A program made the position numbers and the translations under genes. A DNA stretch of 64,000 bases from Octopus sinensis (Eukaryota), in contig NC_043025.1 of assembly GCF_006345805.1 (NCBI RefSeq), forward strand, positions 14,074,001 through 14,138,000. The letters are read 5' to 3'. This document shows, one piece after another, positions 1 to 13,723 of the stretch. Below the pieces are notes generated by a model, which made no database searches, was not told the DNA's origin, and saw only the letters and a program-made list of their open reading frames with translations. How positions within the stretch are numbered: the first letter of the stretch is position 1; each line of letters opens with the position of its first letter.

Positions 1-483
1 ACAACGCTGCTCAACCAAATGATATACGATTGTTCCTGCTACGGCACTAATGTACACTCAACACGGAGAGCCTACTATCTTCGCCGCCTCTACCATCAGG
101 TACTTTTCTATGTCTGCCACAGACACAAAACCATGTTAATGCTTACCAGCTCCTGACGTTGACACAATTGTAAAATAAATAATGTTTATACCTCAAACAG
201 AAGACTTGTTGTCAATACACTTATGTTCTATTGTTACTGCATGTATTTATGGCTTGTAATAATTTGTTAAGAGTAGGACGACCACGGGCGATCATATCTC
301 CTATACGATACGACCGCATGTGATCCTATTTCTTACATTAATAATATTTAATTGGTGTAGTATGGTAGGAAGCTTGCTTCTCAACCATATGGTTGTGGGT
401 ATAGTGGCACCCTGGGCAAGTGTCTTCTACTATAGCCTTGTGAGTGGATCTAGTAGACGGAAACTGAAAGAAGCCCATCATGT

Positions 484-745
484 GTGTATGTTACACCACC
501 AGTGGCCAGGTTGTCTCGTTTTATGACTCATGAGTCCAGCTTTACTGAGGCAGGGTCTTGCATGCCAGTTACAACTACAGCCGGCTATTACCAGTAAAGG
601 TCTTGGTTGCCAATTTTGTACAAGACATTGTAGATCTTTAGCTGGGCTTAAAAGTCACATTCGATCACAGCACCAGTAACAGTTAAGCTTCGTGCAATGG
701 CCATTCTCGATAACGAGGGGGCAGCCATATGTATGTATGTATGTA
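484..745 (+). mobile_element. 5'-truncated RTE-like LINE 3' end with inverted 5' segment
   Basis: 565-729 duplicates about 968-1133 and ends in (ATGT)n. 484-564 is the reverse complement, with deletions, of sequence at about 784-880. Confidence 0.6.
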
Positions 746-747
746 TG

Positions 748-1145
748 GAAGGGTCTTCCTTTGGTTCTGACTTGCAATGTCTGTGCAAGACCCTGCCTCA
801 GTAAAGCTGGACTCATGAGTCATCTTCGTAGTCATAAAATGAGACAGATGAGTGACAACCTGGCCACTGGTGGTGGTGTAGCACACCATACTAATCATAT
901 CTGTTGGGCATGTGGAAGAGAGTGTAATTCGGCAGGAGGACATAAACGACATGCAAAGGTACATGAAGCCCAGTTACAACTACAGCCGGCTATTACCAGT
1001 AAAGGTTTTAGTTGCCAATTCTGTACAAGACATTGTAGATCTTTAGCTGGGCTTAAAAGTCACATTCGATCACAGCACCAGTAACAGTTAAGCTTAGTGC
1101 AATGACCATTCTCGATAACGAGGGGGCAGCCATAATGTACGTACG
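748..1145 (+). mobile_element. 5'-truncated RTE-like LINE 3' end encoding three C2H2 fingers
   Basis: ORF 692-1084: CNVC..SKAGLMSHLRSH, CWAC..SAGGHKRHAKVH, CQFC..SLAGLKSHIRSQH*, then a short 3'UTR and microsatellite tail. Resembles the CxxC..S.xGLxSHxRxH terminus of RTE-clade ORFs. Confidence 0.6.
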
Positions 1146-1407
1146 TGTGAGTGTATTTGTTTATGTATGTCTATCTATCTACATGTGTCTTTGTGTTTCC
1201 CCCTTACACCACTTCACAACTGGTGCTGTTACTCCCCCATAACTTAGAGGTTCAGCAAAAGAGATCGACAGAATAAAAACTATTACATTACAAAAATAAG
1301 AACTGGGGTTGTGCAGATAATTTTGGATCCCCCCCCCCTCATGGTTCCATGCAATGAGACCCGAAACTTGGGGGGTGGGTTTAAAACAAGAAAAAGAGGG
1401 CTCATAC

Positions 1408-1531
1408 CTTGTTGATGTGGAGTTTACAGTTAAATTTATATAGGTAGTATCCGTATAGGAGCCCTATCAAGTAGGGGCCAATCCTTGTGTAGGGCTTCAC
1501 ATAGATGTCTTGAAATGTGTTTGCAGTAGTT
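1408..1531 (-). CDS. nrf-6: nrf-6-like exon 12
   Basis: ATTACAG|A; QTTANTFQDIYVKPYTRIGPYLIGLLYGYYLYKFNCKLHINK; donor |GTATGA, phase 0. Confidence 0.9.
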
Positions 1532-2333
1532 CTGTAATGAATATAAAAGGGACACGACTGAAATAGAAATATACTCCCTAATATTATTATTATTATTATT
1601 ATATATATATATATACTCATTTACTTGTTTCAGTCATGCTGGAGCACCGCCTTTAGTCGATTGAGCAAATCGACCCCAGGACTTATTCTATCGGTCTCTT
1701 TTGCCGAACTGCTAAGTAACGGGGATGTAAACACACCAGCATTGGTTGTCAAGTGATGGGGAGGGGGACATACACATGACAGGCTTACTCTTTTACTTGT
1801 TTCTGTCATTTGACTGTGGCCATGCTGGAGCACCGCCTTTAGTCGAGCAAATCGATCCCGGGACTTATTCTTTGTAAGCCCAGTACTTATTCTATCGGTC
1901 TCTTTTGCCAAACCACTAAGTGACGGGGACGTAAACACACCAGCATCGGTTGTCAAGCAATACTAGGGGGACAAACACAACAGACACACAAACATATATA
2001 TATATATATATATATATACGACAGGCTTCTTTCAGTTTCCGTCTATCAAATCCACTCACGAGGCTGTAGTAGAAGACACTTGCCCAAGGTGCCACTGAAC
2101 CCGGAAGCAAGCTCCTTACCACACACACAAACATGTTTCACCTGGTGGGGTCTCCTTTGGGCCTCAACCCTAATCAAAAATAAGAAGAAGATACTTACTG
2201 ATTATTATTATTATTGTTATTACCCCCGAGCATGTTCAGTTGTGTGTGGTCGTTGGTTGCTATGAATCCTGTGCAGATGAAGTGAGCCAGTAACAGCAAG
2301 GCAGTGATGGCTTGACCGATTTTGGGTTTGCTG

Positions 2334-2368
<35 letters not shown>

Positions 2369-4543
2369 AGGGATTGAAAACGATGTGAATAAACAAGGAT
2401 TACATTTGACTGACGGACATGAATGCTGAAAGGGCCATACTTAAGACATAGGGTGTGCTTTGAGAGAGATTTCGCTGCTATTTCTAACAAGACTTGCCAC
2501 CATGTAGAGATCTCACATGTAGCTTCATACATGGATGTATGTCCCTTCGGCATTGAAACCAACCACATCCAGCCTATTTTATGTTCAGACTGGCCACATC
2601 CAGCCTCTCACACCTACCCTACAATGTCATTCTGAAAACGAAGAATCACATCATTAAAATCTCAAAGCTATGAAGATAATCCAGGATTAATTCGAGTAAT
2701 CTGCAGCTTAAAAACAATGCACTCACATCTTGCATGGCGAGTGGGGTGGGGTGGGGGCTTTCACCTCCACCATCATCGTTTAACGTCCGTTTTCCATGCT
2801 GGCATGGGTTGGACGGTTCGACCGGGGATCTGGGAAGCCAGAAGGCTGCACCAGGCTCCAGTCTTGATCTGGCAGTGTTTCTACAGCTGGATGTCCTTCC
2901 TAACGCCAACCACTCCGAGAGTGTAGTGGGTGCTTTTTACGTGCCAGACGAGGCTGACAAACGGCCACAATCGGATGGTGCTTTTTACGTGCCACCTGCA
3001 CAGGTGTCAGACGAGGCTGGCAAACGGCCACGGTCGGATAATTCGAGTAATCTGCAGGTTAAAAACAATACATGGAAGTTGGACATTAATTGATGACGAT
3101 GATGAGACTGGTGCAGCCATCTGGTTCGCCAGCTCTCAGTCAAAATCGTCCAACCCATGCCAGCATGGAAAGCGGACGTTAAACGATGATGATATCATTT
3201 AACGTCTGTTTTCTCTGTTGGATGTTTTGAGAGGAATCGATGAACTGCCTGATTTGGTTTGGGTGCCCTTCCTAGCAAAGTGTCCTGGTGCCTTTTATGT
3301 AGCATCAGTGAGATCACCACTTCTTGCACACTAATGCGTGGGGTGGGGTGGGGCCTTCGCCTCCATCATTCATCGTTTAACATCCGTTTTCCATGCTGGC
3401 ATGGGTTGGACGATTCGACCGGGCTCTGGGAAGCCAGGAGGCTGCTCCAGTCTGACCTGCCAGTGTTTCTACAGCTGGGTGCTTTTTACGTGTCAGGGGC
3501 CAGAGGAGGCTGGTAATGGCCACAATCGGTTGGTGCTTTTTACGTGGCACGGAAGCCAGCGCTGGCATCTGCCACTGGCACAGGGATCACAACTACAATT
3601 TCCATTTGATTTCAAAGATACACCATGCCTGATACTTACAAATACAATGGAACAAGTAATAAGGGGCTGATCCAATAGAACTGCATATCATTTGCCAGGT
3701 ACCATAGCCATCCCATACACTGGAAGAGAGAAAATGTTATAATAATATAGGGAAATTAGGGACTAACTCGGTGGTTTTTAACCAGGGTCTATATAAGGTT
3801 TTTGGGGTTACACAACAAAATAGTATTTTTAAGGGCCCCTGAAAAAATTTTGCATTAAATGTGTGTATTGTTGCAAAAAACAGCTGGGTTTCTTTTTCTT
3901 ACGTTTCACATAGTCCATCCGACATAAAGGAGTTTCGATAAAACTAGTTTTTCAACATCAAATGCCTATGCAGGGGTCCACCAGAATAAAATGGTAATCA
4001 AAGGGGATCCAGAGATAAAGACTGGTTGAGAACCCCTGGACTAAACAGAAGAGATGGAGAGTTGTTGAAGAGGTTACAGGTGTGTGATGAAAGATTTCAG
4101 ATGAAGTACACTAAGATACTTCGTTTTTGTATCTGGTTTGCAAGATTCTTTATGTGGATTTGTGTGTTGAAGCAAATTTGGTTGTATCCAGGAAGAGTCA
4201 TTGTGGTTAATATTGATGACTAAAATGAACAAACAATCGATTAATTAGTTGGATAATTAACCAATTGACTAATATTACAGGAATGGAACTGAACCAGTGC
4301 TTTGGCTCTCATTAGACACATCATCATCATCATCATCACCATTTAATGTCTTTTACATGCTGGCATGGGTTGGATGGTTTCATTGGTAAGCTGGAGAGCT
4401 GCACCAGGTTCCAATCTGGTTTCTATGGCTGTCTGCCCTTCCTAATGCCAACCACTCCAAGGGTGTAGAGGGTGCTTTTTACATGCCATTGGCATGGGTG
4501 CCAGTTATGTAACACCAGAAAATAGTTCGACAGGTCTTCTCGA

Positions 4544-4589
<46 letters not shown>

Positions 4590-7500
4590 GTATGTGTATA
4601 TATAGGCGCAGGAGTGGTAAGTAGCTTGCTTACCAACCACATGGTCCCGGGTTCAGTCCCACTGCGTGGCACCTTGGGCAAGTGTCTTCTACTATAGCCT
4701 CGGGTCGACCAAATCCTTGTGAGTGGATTTGGTAGATGGAAACTGAAAGAAGCCCGTCGTATATGTTTTTCCAAGTTGTAGTCAGCCAGGCCGCAATATA
4801 GGGGCTAAAGAATGGTTCCACCCTTCTTAAAACCCTGGGGCCCCACACTTGGATGCAGTATTTTAATGTGGGCAGAGGGTGTTGTGAGGAGGTTGGGCAC
4901 ATGATACAGAAGGTCTTAAGGGCTCACCTGCTTAGTTTGTTCAGTTGGCAGGAAGTTGTTGAGGTAGAGAATGTTATAGAACCAGGATTCCTTACAGAAG
5001 TTCACTTCAGTCCCTTGTTGGGGCCAGAAGGGTCCTTCCCCTATATAGCGAAACAGTGGGATATACACCATCATCAGGAGCAGTATGGGAGGAGTCAGAC
5101 TGTTGAAACAGAAATAATTAAAAACTAATTAACGAACTGTCACCATGATAATAATAATAATAACAACAGTAATATAATAACAATAACAACATGTGTTTAG
5201 TTGAATGGTCTTTCAATGTATATACAGAGTTTCTTTGCCCTAGGTGTCAGGAAGGCATTCAGCAAGAAATAAAAAGAAGAAAATCTCATAATAATAATGG
5301 TTTCAAATTTTGCCACAAGGGCAGCAATTTTGGAGGAGGGGACGAGTCAATTACATCGACCACAGTGCGCAACTGGTACTTATTTTATTGACCCCGAAAG
5401 GATGAAAGGCAAAGTCGATGTCCCTCATAGGAACACAAACCTTCTTCAAACTCCACCCATCTAACACCCGTGGACATGTTTACAAAGTCAGAAAACAGCA
5501 CAGCTCCCATGACTTCAGGAAACATTTTTTCATGCTGAGAGTTGCTGAAGCATGGAACAAACTGCCGGCATCAATTGTTGGTTGTCGGAGCACTGCATCC
5601 TTCAAAACTTCCATGCTTTCTGAGATTCGCCAACACTACACCTGATCTTCTCCCCTCCATACACACAAGCAAGCATCTATCTGACTCATACCTTGTTCGC
5701 TTTCCAGACATTTCTACATTACTGCATGTACTTTATATGCACTTTCTGACAAGTTGTGGTGCACCTGAGCACTGTATACAATAATTTCATTATTATTATT
5801 ATTATAAAAAGACAGCTTAAACTGTGCTCTAAACGGAGGTGTAGTCAAATCCTATTTTAGGGACTCAACCATGTTCTAAAATAAGTCGAAAGGTAAGCTT
5901 CTATAAATCGGCAAGAACTTTCCGGACAACCCAATATTTACTGAATGAATTGAAGTGCAATGTAAGCAGAAGGTAACTTACCGCCAGTATCGATGTATGT
6001 AGAAATATACCCAGTTCATTTTACCATCCCTTGCACTGAAGGCCTTCAGTGTGCTATAAGCAACCAAGAGTCCACTGAAAAGGAAAGGAAGAATGTTTTT
6101 TAAAGCTACACATTGTTGTTAGTTTGCATATAGGCACAGGAGTGGCTGTGTGGTAAGTAGTTTGTTAACAAACCATATGGTTCTGAGTTCAGTCCCACTG
6201 TGTGGCACCTTGGGCAAGTGTCTTCTACTATAGCCTCGGGCCGACCAAAGCCTTGTGAGTGTGTGTGTATATATACATACATATATATATATGTTTGTCC
6301 CACCAACATCGCTTAACAACTGATGCTGGTGTATTTACATCCCTGTACTTAATTTATCGACCCCGAAAAGATGATAGGCAGAATTTCAACTCAGAACGTA
6401 AAGACAGACAAAATACTTATTTCTTTACTACCCACAAGGGGCTAAACACAGAGAGGACAAAGACAGACAAACGGATTAAGTTGATTACATTGACCCCAGT
6501 GTGTAACTAGTACTTAATTTATTGACCCCGAAAGGATGAAAGGCAAAGTCGACTTCGGCAGGATTTGAACTCAGAACATAATGGCAGATGAAATACTGCT
6601 ATGTATTTCGCTCGGCATGCTATCGTTTCTTGCACACTAATGCGTGGGGTGGGGTGGGGCTTTCGCCTCCATCATCATCGTTTAACATCCGTTTTCCATG
6701 CTAGCATGGGTTGGACGATTCGACCGGGCTCTGGGAAGCCAGGAGGCTGCTCCAGTCTGACCTGCCAGTGTTTCTACAGCTGGGTGCTTTTTACGTGTCA
6801 GGGGCCAGAGGAGGCTGGTAATGGTCACAATCGGTTGGTGCTTTTTATGTGGCACGGAAGCCAGCGCTGGCATCTGCCACGCCATATTTTGTTGTTTCTA
6901 CATGAATCACAACACCATTATCGCCCTACTTCAACGCCCACTTGAAAATTTCCACTGCCCCTAGGGGTGCAATACTGCCCACTTTGGGAACCATTGGTCT
7001 AACCCATGGAAGTTAAACAATGATGATATCTCACCACTTACCTCAGCAAGAAGAAGGAGTCGACTGACACAGTAGCATTGCCAATGGCCTGGAAAGCAAA
7101 CTGTTTCATAAAACCTCCCAGAGTTATGGGGTTTTCTGTGAAGAGAAACAAAAACAATTGGAAATCAATTCGGCACATTCACTGCTTTTTGGTTAAAAAG
7201 GCCCCTTTACAATTCGACCAGCTGATGCTGAGGGGACAAATTCTCTTCTGCGCATGTGGCCAACAGTTAGTAAATACCATTGGGAAAGCTTAAATAAGGG
7301 ACAGAGTCAAGACTATTGAAAAGGTTGCAAGACACAACGGAAATCAAAATAAGGAAAAAGTGGAAATTTTACTGGTGAGTGTGCTACATTATAAGGCACC
7401 AATAGAGAATGACTCTCCCCAGACACAACAGAATATACTTCAACACACGAACTCACATAAAGAATCTTGCAAACCAAAAACGAAATATATATATGTGATG

Positions 7501-10500
7501 ATGACTAGCAGTATTGCTCGGGTTTGTTTCGACCCTCTAGAATTGGAATTTTTGAAAAGTAAAAATTTTGCATTATGTAGCTTTTTATTCTCTTTAAGTG
7601 AACATTTTTCTGGTTGAAATACACCGAAAAATGGCGACACAGCAGTCAAAAAATCGTAAAAAATAGGAATTTTCATAGAAAAAAGCACCTTTTTGGTGTT
7701 AACATGGTCCGATTTGAATTTTTTCTTCTACGGAAGGAAGAGCAAGCCTTCTTCTATCATACTCTCAATTTTGGTCAACTTGTGCCACAGGGTCTCGGAG
7801 GAGATAGTGTTAGTTGAAGGCTACCAAACCTGCCATACACAGATAACTTCAGCTTTATATAGAGAGAGATAACACATACACACACACACATGCCCCAGTA
7901 TGGCCGTAGTCCAATGACTGAAACAGGTAAGAGATAGAAAAAAAACCTGGTAATTGCATATATCATTAGAAGAAAATAATTAATGAAAAAGGGTCACTTA
8001 CTGAAAACCGTTATGCCAAACACATAGACATGTCCGAGAAGGACCCAGGTCATGCTGAGAAATCGAATTCCATGGACACAGCTAAGCGTGCCCTCACTTT
8101 GGTTGGTGTTGAGGAATTTGGTGCCATTATGGTAAACGGAGAAACACAGCAGAAGTTTGGCTCCAACACCTGAAAATATTCAAAAGTTCAAATGAGAAAC
8201 GGAAGATATGGCTGTGTGTGCTACTTGTTGTTTAGCCCAAGGTCAGACCTATAATCAGAGACGTCCCAACTATGACCATCCCATCTTTTTTTGGATATAG
8301 ATGTGTCCTTCCTTGTAGTCGTTTAGCCCCAGGTCAGTCCTGATCCAGACACACCTATGACCAAAGATGTTCCAGCTGTGACCATCCTGTCTTTTATTCA
8401 GGCATAGTGTATCTAGGACTACATTATCTAATGTGTCCTTCTTGTTGTTTAGCCCCAGGTCAGTCCTGATCCAGACACACCTATGACCAAAGACGTTCCA
8501 GCTGTGACCATCCCGTCTTTTTATTCAGGCATAGTGTATCTAGGACTACATTATCTAATGTGTTCTTCCTTGATGTTTAGCCCCAGGTCAGTCTGTTCCA
8601 GTAGACCTATGATCAAAGATGTTCCAGCTGTGACCATCCCGTCTTTTATTCAGGCATAGTGTATCTAGGACTACATTATCTAATGTGTCCTTCTTGTTGT
8701 TTAGCCCCAGGTCAGTCCTGATCCAGACACACTATGACCAAAGATGTTCCAGCTGTGACCATCCCGTCTTTGATTCAGCATAGTGTATCTAGGACTACAT
8801 TATCTAATGTGTCTTCCTTGTTGTTTAGCCCCAGGTCAGTCCTGATCCAGACACACTATGACCAAAGACGTTCCAGCTGTGACCATCCCGTCTTTTATTC
8901 AGGCATAGTGTATCTAGGACTACATTATCTAATGTGTTCTTCCTTGATGTTTAGCCCCAGGTCAGTCTGTTCCAGTAGACCTATGATCAAAGATGTTCCA
9001 GCTGTGACCATCCCGTCTTTTATTCAGGCATAGTGTATCTAGGACTACATTATCTAATGTGTCCTTCTTGTTGTTTAGCCCCAGGTCAGTCCTGATCCAG
9101 ACACACCTATGACCAAAGATGTTCCAGCTGTGACCATCCCGTCTTTGATTCAGGCATAGTGTATCTAGGACTACATTATCTAATGTGTCTTTCCTTGTTG
9201 TTTAGCCCCAGGTCAGTCCTGATCCAGACACACCTATGACCAAAGATGTTCCAGCTGTGACCATCCCGTCTTTGATTCAGGCATAGTGTATCTAGGACTA
9301 CATTATCTAATGTGTCCTTCTTGTTGTTTAGCCCCAGGTCAGTTTGATCCAGTAGACCTATGATCAAAGATGTTCCAGCTGTGACCATCCTGTCTTTTAT
9401 TCTGGCATAGTGTATCTAGGACTACATTATCTAATGTGTCCTTCTTGTTGTTTAGCCCCAGGTCAGTCCTGATCCAGTAGACCTATGACCAAAGACGTTC
9501 CAGCTGTGACCATCCCGTCTTTTATTCAGGCATAGTGTATCTAGGACTACATTATCCAATGTGTTCTTCCTTGATGTTTAGCCCCAGGTCAGTCTGATCC
9601 AGTAGACCTATGATCAAAGATGTTCTAGCTGTGACCCTCTTGTCTTTTATTTAGGCATAGTGTATCTAGGACTACATTATCTAATGTGTCCTTGACCAAT
9701 GACCAAAGATGTTCCAGCTGTGACCATCCCGTCTTTTATTCAGACACAGTGTATCTAGGACTACATTATCTAATGTGTCCTTCTTGTTGTTTAGCCCCAG
9801 GTCAGTCCTGATCCAGACACACCTATGATCAAAGACGTTCCAGCTGTGACCATCCTGTCTTTTTGTTCAGGCATAGTGTATCTAGGACTACATTATCTAA
9901 TGTGTCCTTCTTGTCGTTTAGCCCCAGGTCAACCCTGATCCAGACACACCAAAGATGTTCCAGCTGTGACCATCCTGTCTTTTATTCAGGCATAATATAT
10001 CTAGTTTAACCCCTTAGCTTTCAGATTTCTGTCAAATCTAATCCTTATTTATTCAAATTATTTTGAATTAATCCTGGATTATTTAATAATACGTCAGTTT
10101 ATTTTTAGAATAACACTGTAGGGTAGGTGTGAGAGGCTGGATCTGACCAGTACTGTGACGGGTCATCAAGATATTGACTCAAAGACAGACTTACCTGGTT
10201 CCACTTTTTCATCTTTCCGGGTCAAAACCACCTGACTCCCTGTTCCGTTCTGTATGGGTAGGTGACCGTTTTTCTCACCTGTACCATCGCCTTTTGTCTT
10301 TGGTGCGAGACAATTGGTGGTGAAAATATCGTATAAGGTTGCCGCTACGATGACGAGAAGATAGAGGGAGCTGGCGACACTGGAAACGACAAACAACCAC
10401 AATAAGCAGCAGCAGCAGCAGAGACAATAACAACAATAATAAATATCTTCACATCAGCCAGCATTGACCTGGGGTTAAATAACAACAACATGGGCAGCAA

Positions 10501-13500
10501 TAGCAACAGTCGCAGTGGAGGCGCGTGGCTCAGTGGTTAGGGTGTCAGCATCATGATCGTAAGATTGTGGTTTCGATACCTGGACCGGGCGACGCATTGT
10601 GTTCTTGAGCAAAACACTTTATTTCACGTTGCTCCACTCCACTCAGCTGGCAAAAATGAGTAATGCTGCGATGGACTGGCGTCCCGTCCAGGTGAGGAAC
10701 ACATACGCCATACAAACCAGGAAACCGGGCCCATGAGCCTGGCTAGGCTTTAAAAGGGCGCATTTATTGCCGTTCAAGAATTTGGACCTGGAGATCTCCA
10801 TTTCCAGCAACCTCCAAGCGGTGTCGGGTGTCAATGAAGACCCCTCGACTACAACAAGACGACCAAAGTTTTTTTTTCTTTCCAAAGTCTGGGGTCTCCC
10901 GCTCCTAAGCCCTAGACCCTCACCTAATCATCCTTAGCCATCTTGTTGCTTAACAACAACAACAGCAGCAGTGGAGGCGCAATGGCCCAATGGTTAGTGA
11001 AGCGGACTCGTGGTCATGAGAACGCGGTTTCAATTCCCAGACTGGGCATTCTGAGTGTTTATTGAGCAAAAACACCTAAGCTCCACGAGGCTCCGGCGGG
11101 AAGGGGTGCTGAATCCCGCTGTACTCTTTCACCACAACTTTCTCTCACTCTTTCTTCCTACTTCTGCCACAAAGCAGAGGAACCATGGTGTAACCCACTA
11201 TGGTGTGGTAAACCTTCATACCCTAGTCTAGATTGCGACTCCTCTGTACCCCAGGATGGTTCAGCTCTCCACCCGTTAAAAGCCACCGTTTATGGAATGA
11301 GGATAACAACGTAGCTTTCGCGCCCGTGCAACCTCCAGTCTATCGCGTGTGGTGGGTGGACCTTCAAGTTGTCACACGTATTCTTAGTAGCTTAGAGTAG
11401 GCTCGAATTAGAGATTATTGTTTGTGGCTAATGGCGTGAGTCCTGATTGGAAGAAGAAGAAGAAGCAACCGAAAGAACTGCAGCAACAATGGAATTAGGT
11501 GCAATGACATAATATATGCTATTGTTGGTGGTCAGTGGCTGGAATGAATACTAAGCCTAGTGGTCAGTGAACAAAAGGAATGCTATGGTCAATGTAGGAA
11601 ACAGTGATAGGCCAGAATGATAGCTATGGTCAGTCTACAAAATCAATTCTATGGTAAGTAGTCAGTGGCTGGAATGAATGCTATAGTCAGTGGCTGGCTT
11701 GGGGGGGGGGGTCATTGAATGAAATGAATGCTATAAGTAGTGGTCAGTTATTAGAATAAATACTGTGGTCAGTGGTCAGTGGCTGAAGTGAAAGCCAAGC
11801 TTAGCAGTCAGTGAATGAAACGAATGGTCAGTGGCCAAAATTTAAAAGCTACTTACATTGAGAAGATGGCTTTGCCATCAAAGTCCAGGCCGTTGTCACA
11901 AAAGGTGAAAGGCTTCAATCTTTCCCTGATTTTAATTGGCAGAAAGTGGATACCTGAAATATATAAGACATTGCTGGGTTACTGACCCAATACTGGACAA
12001 AAGGAGACAAACATCTTACAGAGATGCGGGCGTTAATGTGAGGTTAAGAAGCTTGCTTCCCAACCGTAGCATCTTCAGTTCAATCTACCACAGTCTTGGG
12101 CTGACCAAAGCCTTTTGAGTGGAATTGGGAGATGGAAACTGTAAGAAACCTATTGTGTAATATGTGTGGTCAACATGGTAACTAGGGATAGATAAGTGGT
12201 TGGTGAGAGCTGTACAAGCCAGCTACTCTAGCATAGCTGCTAGAGTAAGAATATGTGTTTATTGAGCGAAAACACCTAAAACTCCCCGAGGCTCTGCCAG
12301 GGGGTGGTGGTGACCCCTGTTGTACTCTTTCGCCCCAACTTTCTCTCACTCTTTCTTCCTGTTTCATGAGTAACGGTGTGATGGACCGTCCAGCTGGGAG
12401 GAACACAGAAACCGGGAAGGTAGTAGTCTGTCCTCACTGTTCTGTCCTTGTTACCACTTTCACCCTCCGCAAAAAAATCTCAAGTTACATTTAACTAGTA
12501 GTATCGCTTGGGTTTGTAAGGGAAATAACTATATAAGCATTTTTAGAGAGTTATAGCAAAAAAATCGTTGACTCATCGTAGACATTTTTAGAGAGTTACT
12601 TCCCTTATATAATAGCGAAAAAAATGCATTAAAATGGAAAAAAATGATGGTAAATTATTTTTTAAATCGTAGACTCATCGTAGACACGCGCTAATACCCA
12701 GAAGGGCTCGATATGAATCACGACTATAAGATACCCGCTTTTGGTTAAACTGCACCGCAAAATGTGGGAGTAGTTAGGAATCTAAATCGAAGGGGACAGA
12801 CACACAACTTCACTTTTATATATAAAGATTTGCTTTGCGGGAAGGACTGTTTTAATGAAGTTGTGTCTTGTCCTTGCCTTCGAAACTCAGAGTAGATGAA
12901 ACAGGGACGACTGAAGAAGGGGAAGATTCTTTGTTTCATGTCTCGTTTCTTTTCGTTGTTCGAAAAAAAAGTTCGTTTCTATCTTTCTGATTTTATGTTT
13001 TCGTTTCTCATTGTGTTCTACGTTTTTTTTTTTTTATGTCCTGTACCTATATATGCATGTATATATACATATAGATGTAGGTATGTATATATGCATATAT
13101 TTACATTATATTATCATATGATCAAATGCCACATCATTTTCCAAGTAAAATCTCTCTATATATCATCATCATCATCATCATTTAACGTCCGCTTTCCATG
13201 CTAGCATGGGTTGGATGGTTCAACTGGGGTCTGTGAAGCCAGAAGGCTGCATCAGGCCCAGTCTGATCTGGCAGTGTTTCTACGGCTGGATGCCCTTCCT
13301 AACGACAACCACTCTGTGAGTGTAGTGGGTGCTTTTTACGTGCCACCCGCACAGGAGCCATAAACTGTAGAATGGTGTATACATGCTGTGAAGGGAACAA
13401 AGTGTATAGAATTACTTACCAGTGTACATAAGGGTGTTTATATCGTTTTCATGGCAACTGTCAGGCACACAGATTCCCAAGTGTATTCCTGGTACGCCGT

Positions 13501-13692
13501 ATGACATCTGAGAAAGAAATAAAAAGAAAATAATGCAGAAATTTGTGTGGTAAGTAGCTTGCTTACCAACCACATGGTTCTGGGTTCAGTCCCACTGCGT
13601 GGCACCTTGGGCAAGTGTCTTCTACTATAGCCTTGGGCCGACCAAAGCCTTGTGAGTGGATTTGGTAGATGGAAACTGAAAGAAGCCCATCG

Positions 13693-13723
<31 letters not shown>

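Noticed and set aside
1-140. Possible next nrf-6 exon at the window start
   Set aside because: No acyltransferase-like minus-strand translation was recognised; the remaining exons probably lie outside the window
10515-10590. tRNA-like sequences (also 25365, 26370-26448, family A heads)
   Set aside because: A/B boxes are present but there is no full cloverleaf; they continue into SINE bodies and are multi-copy
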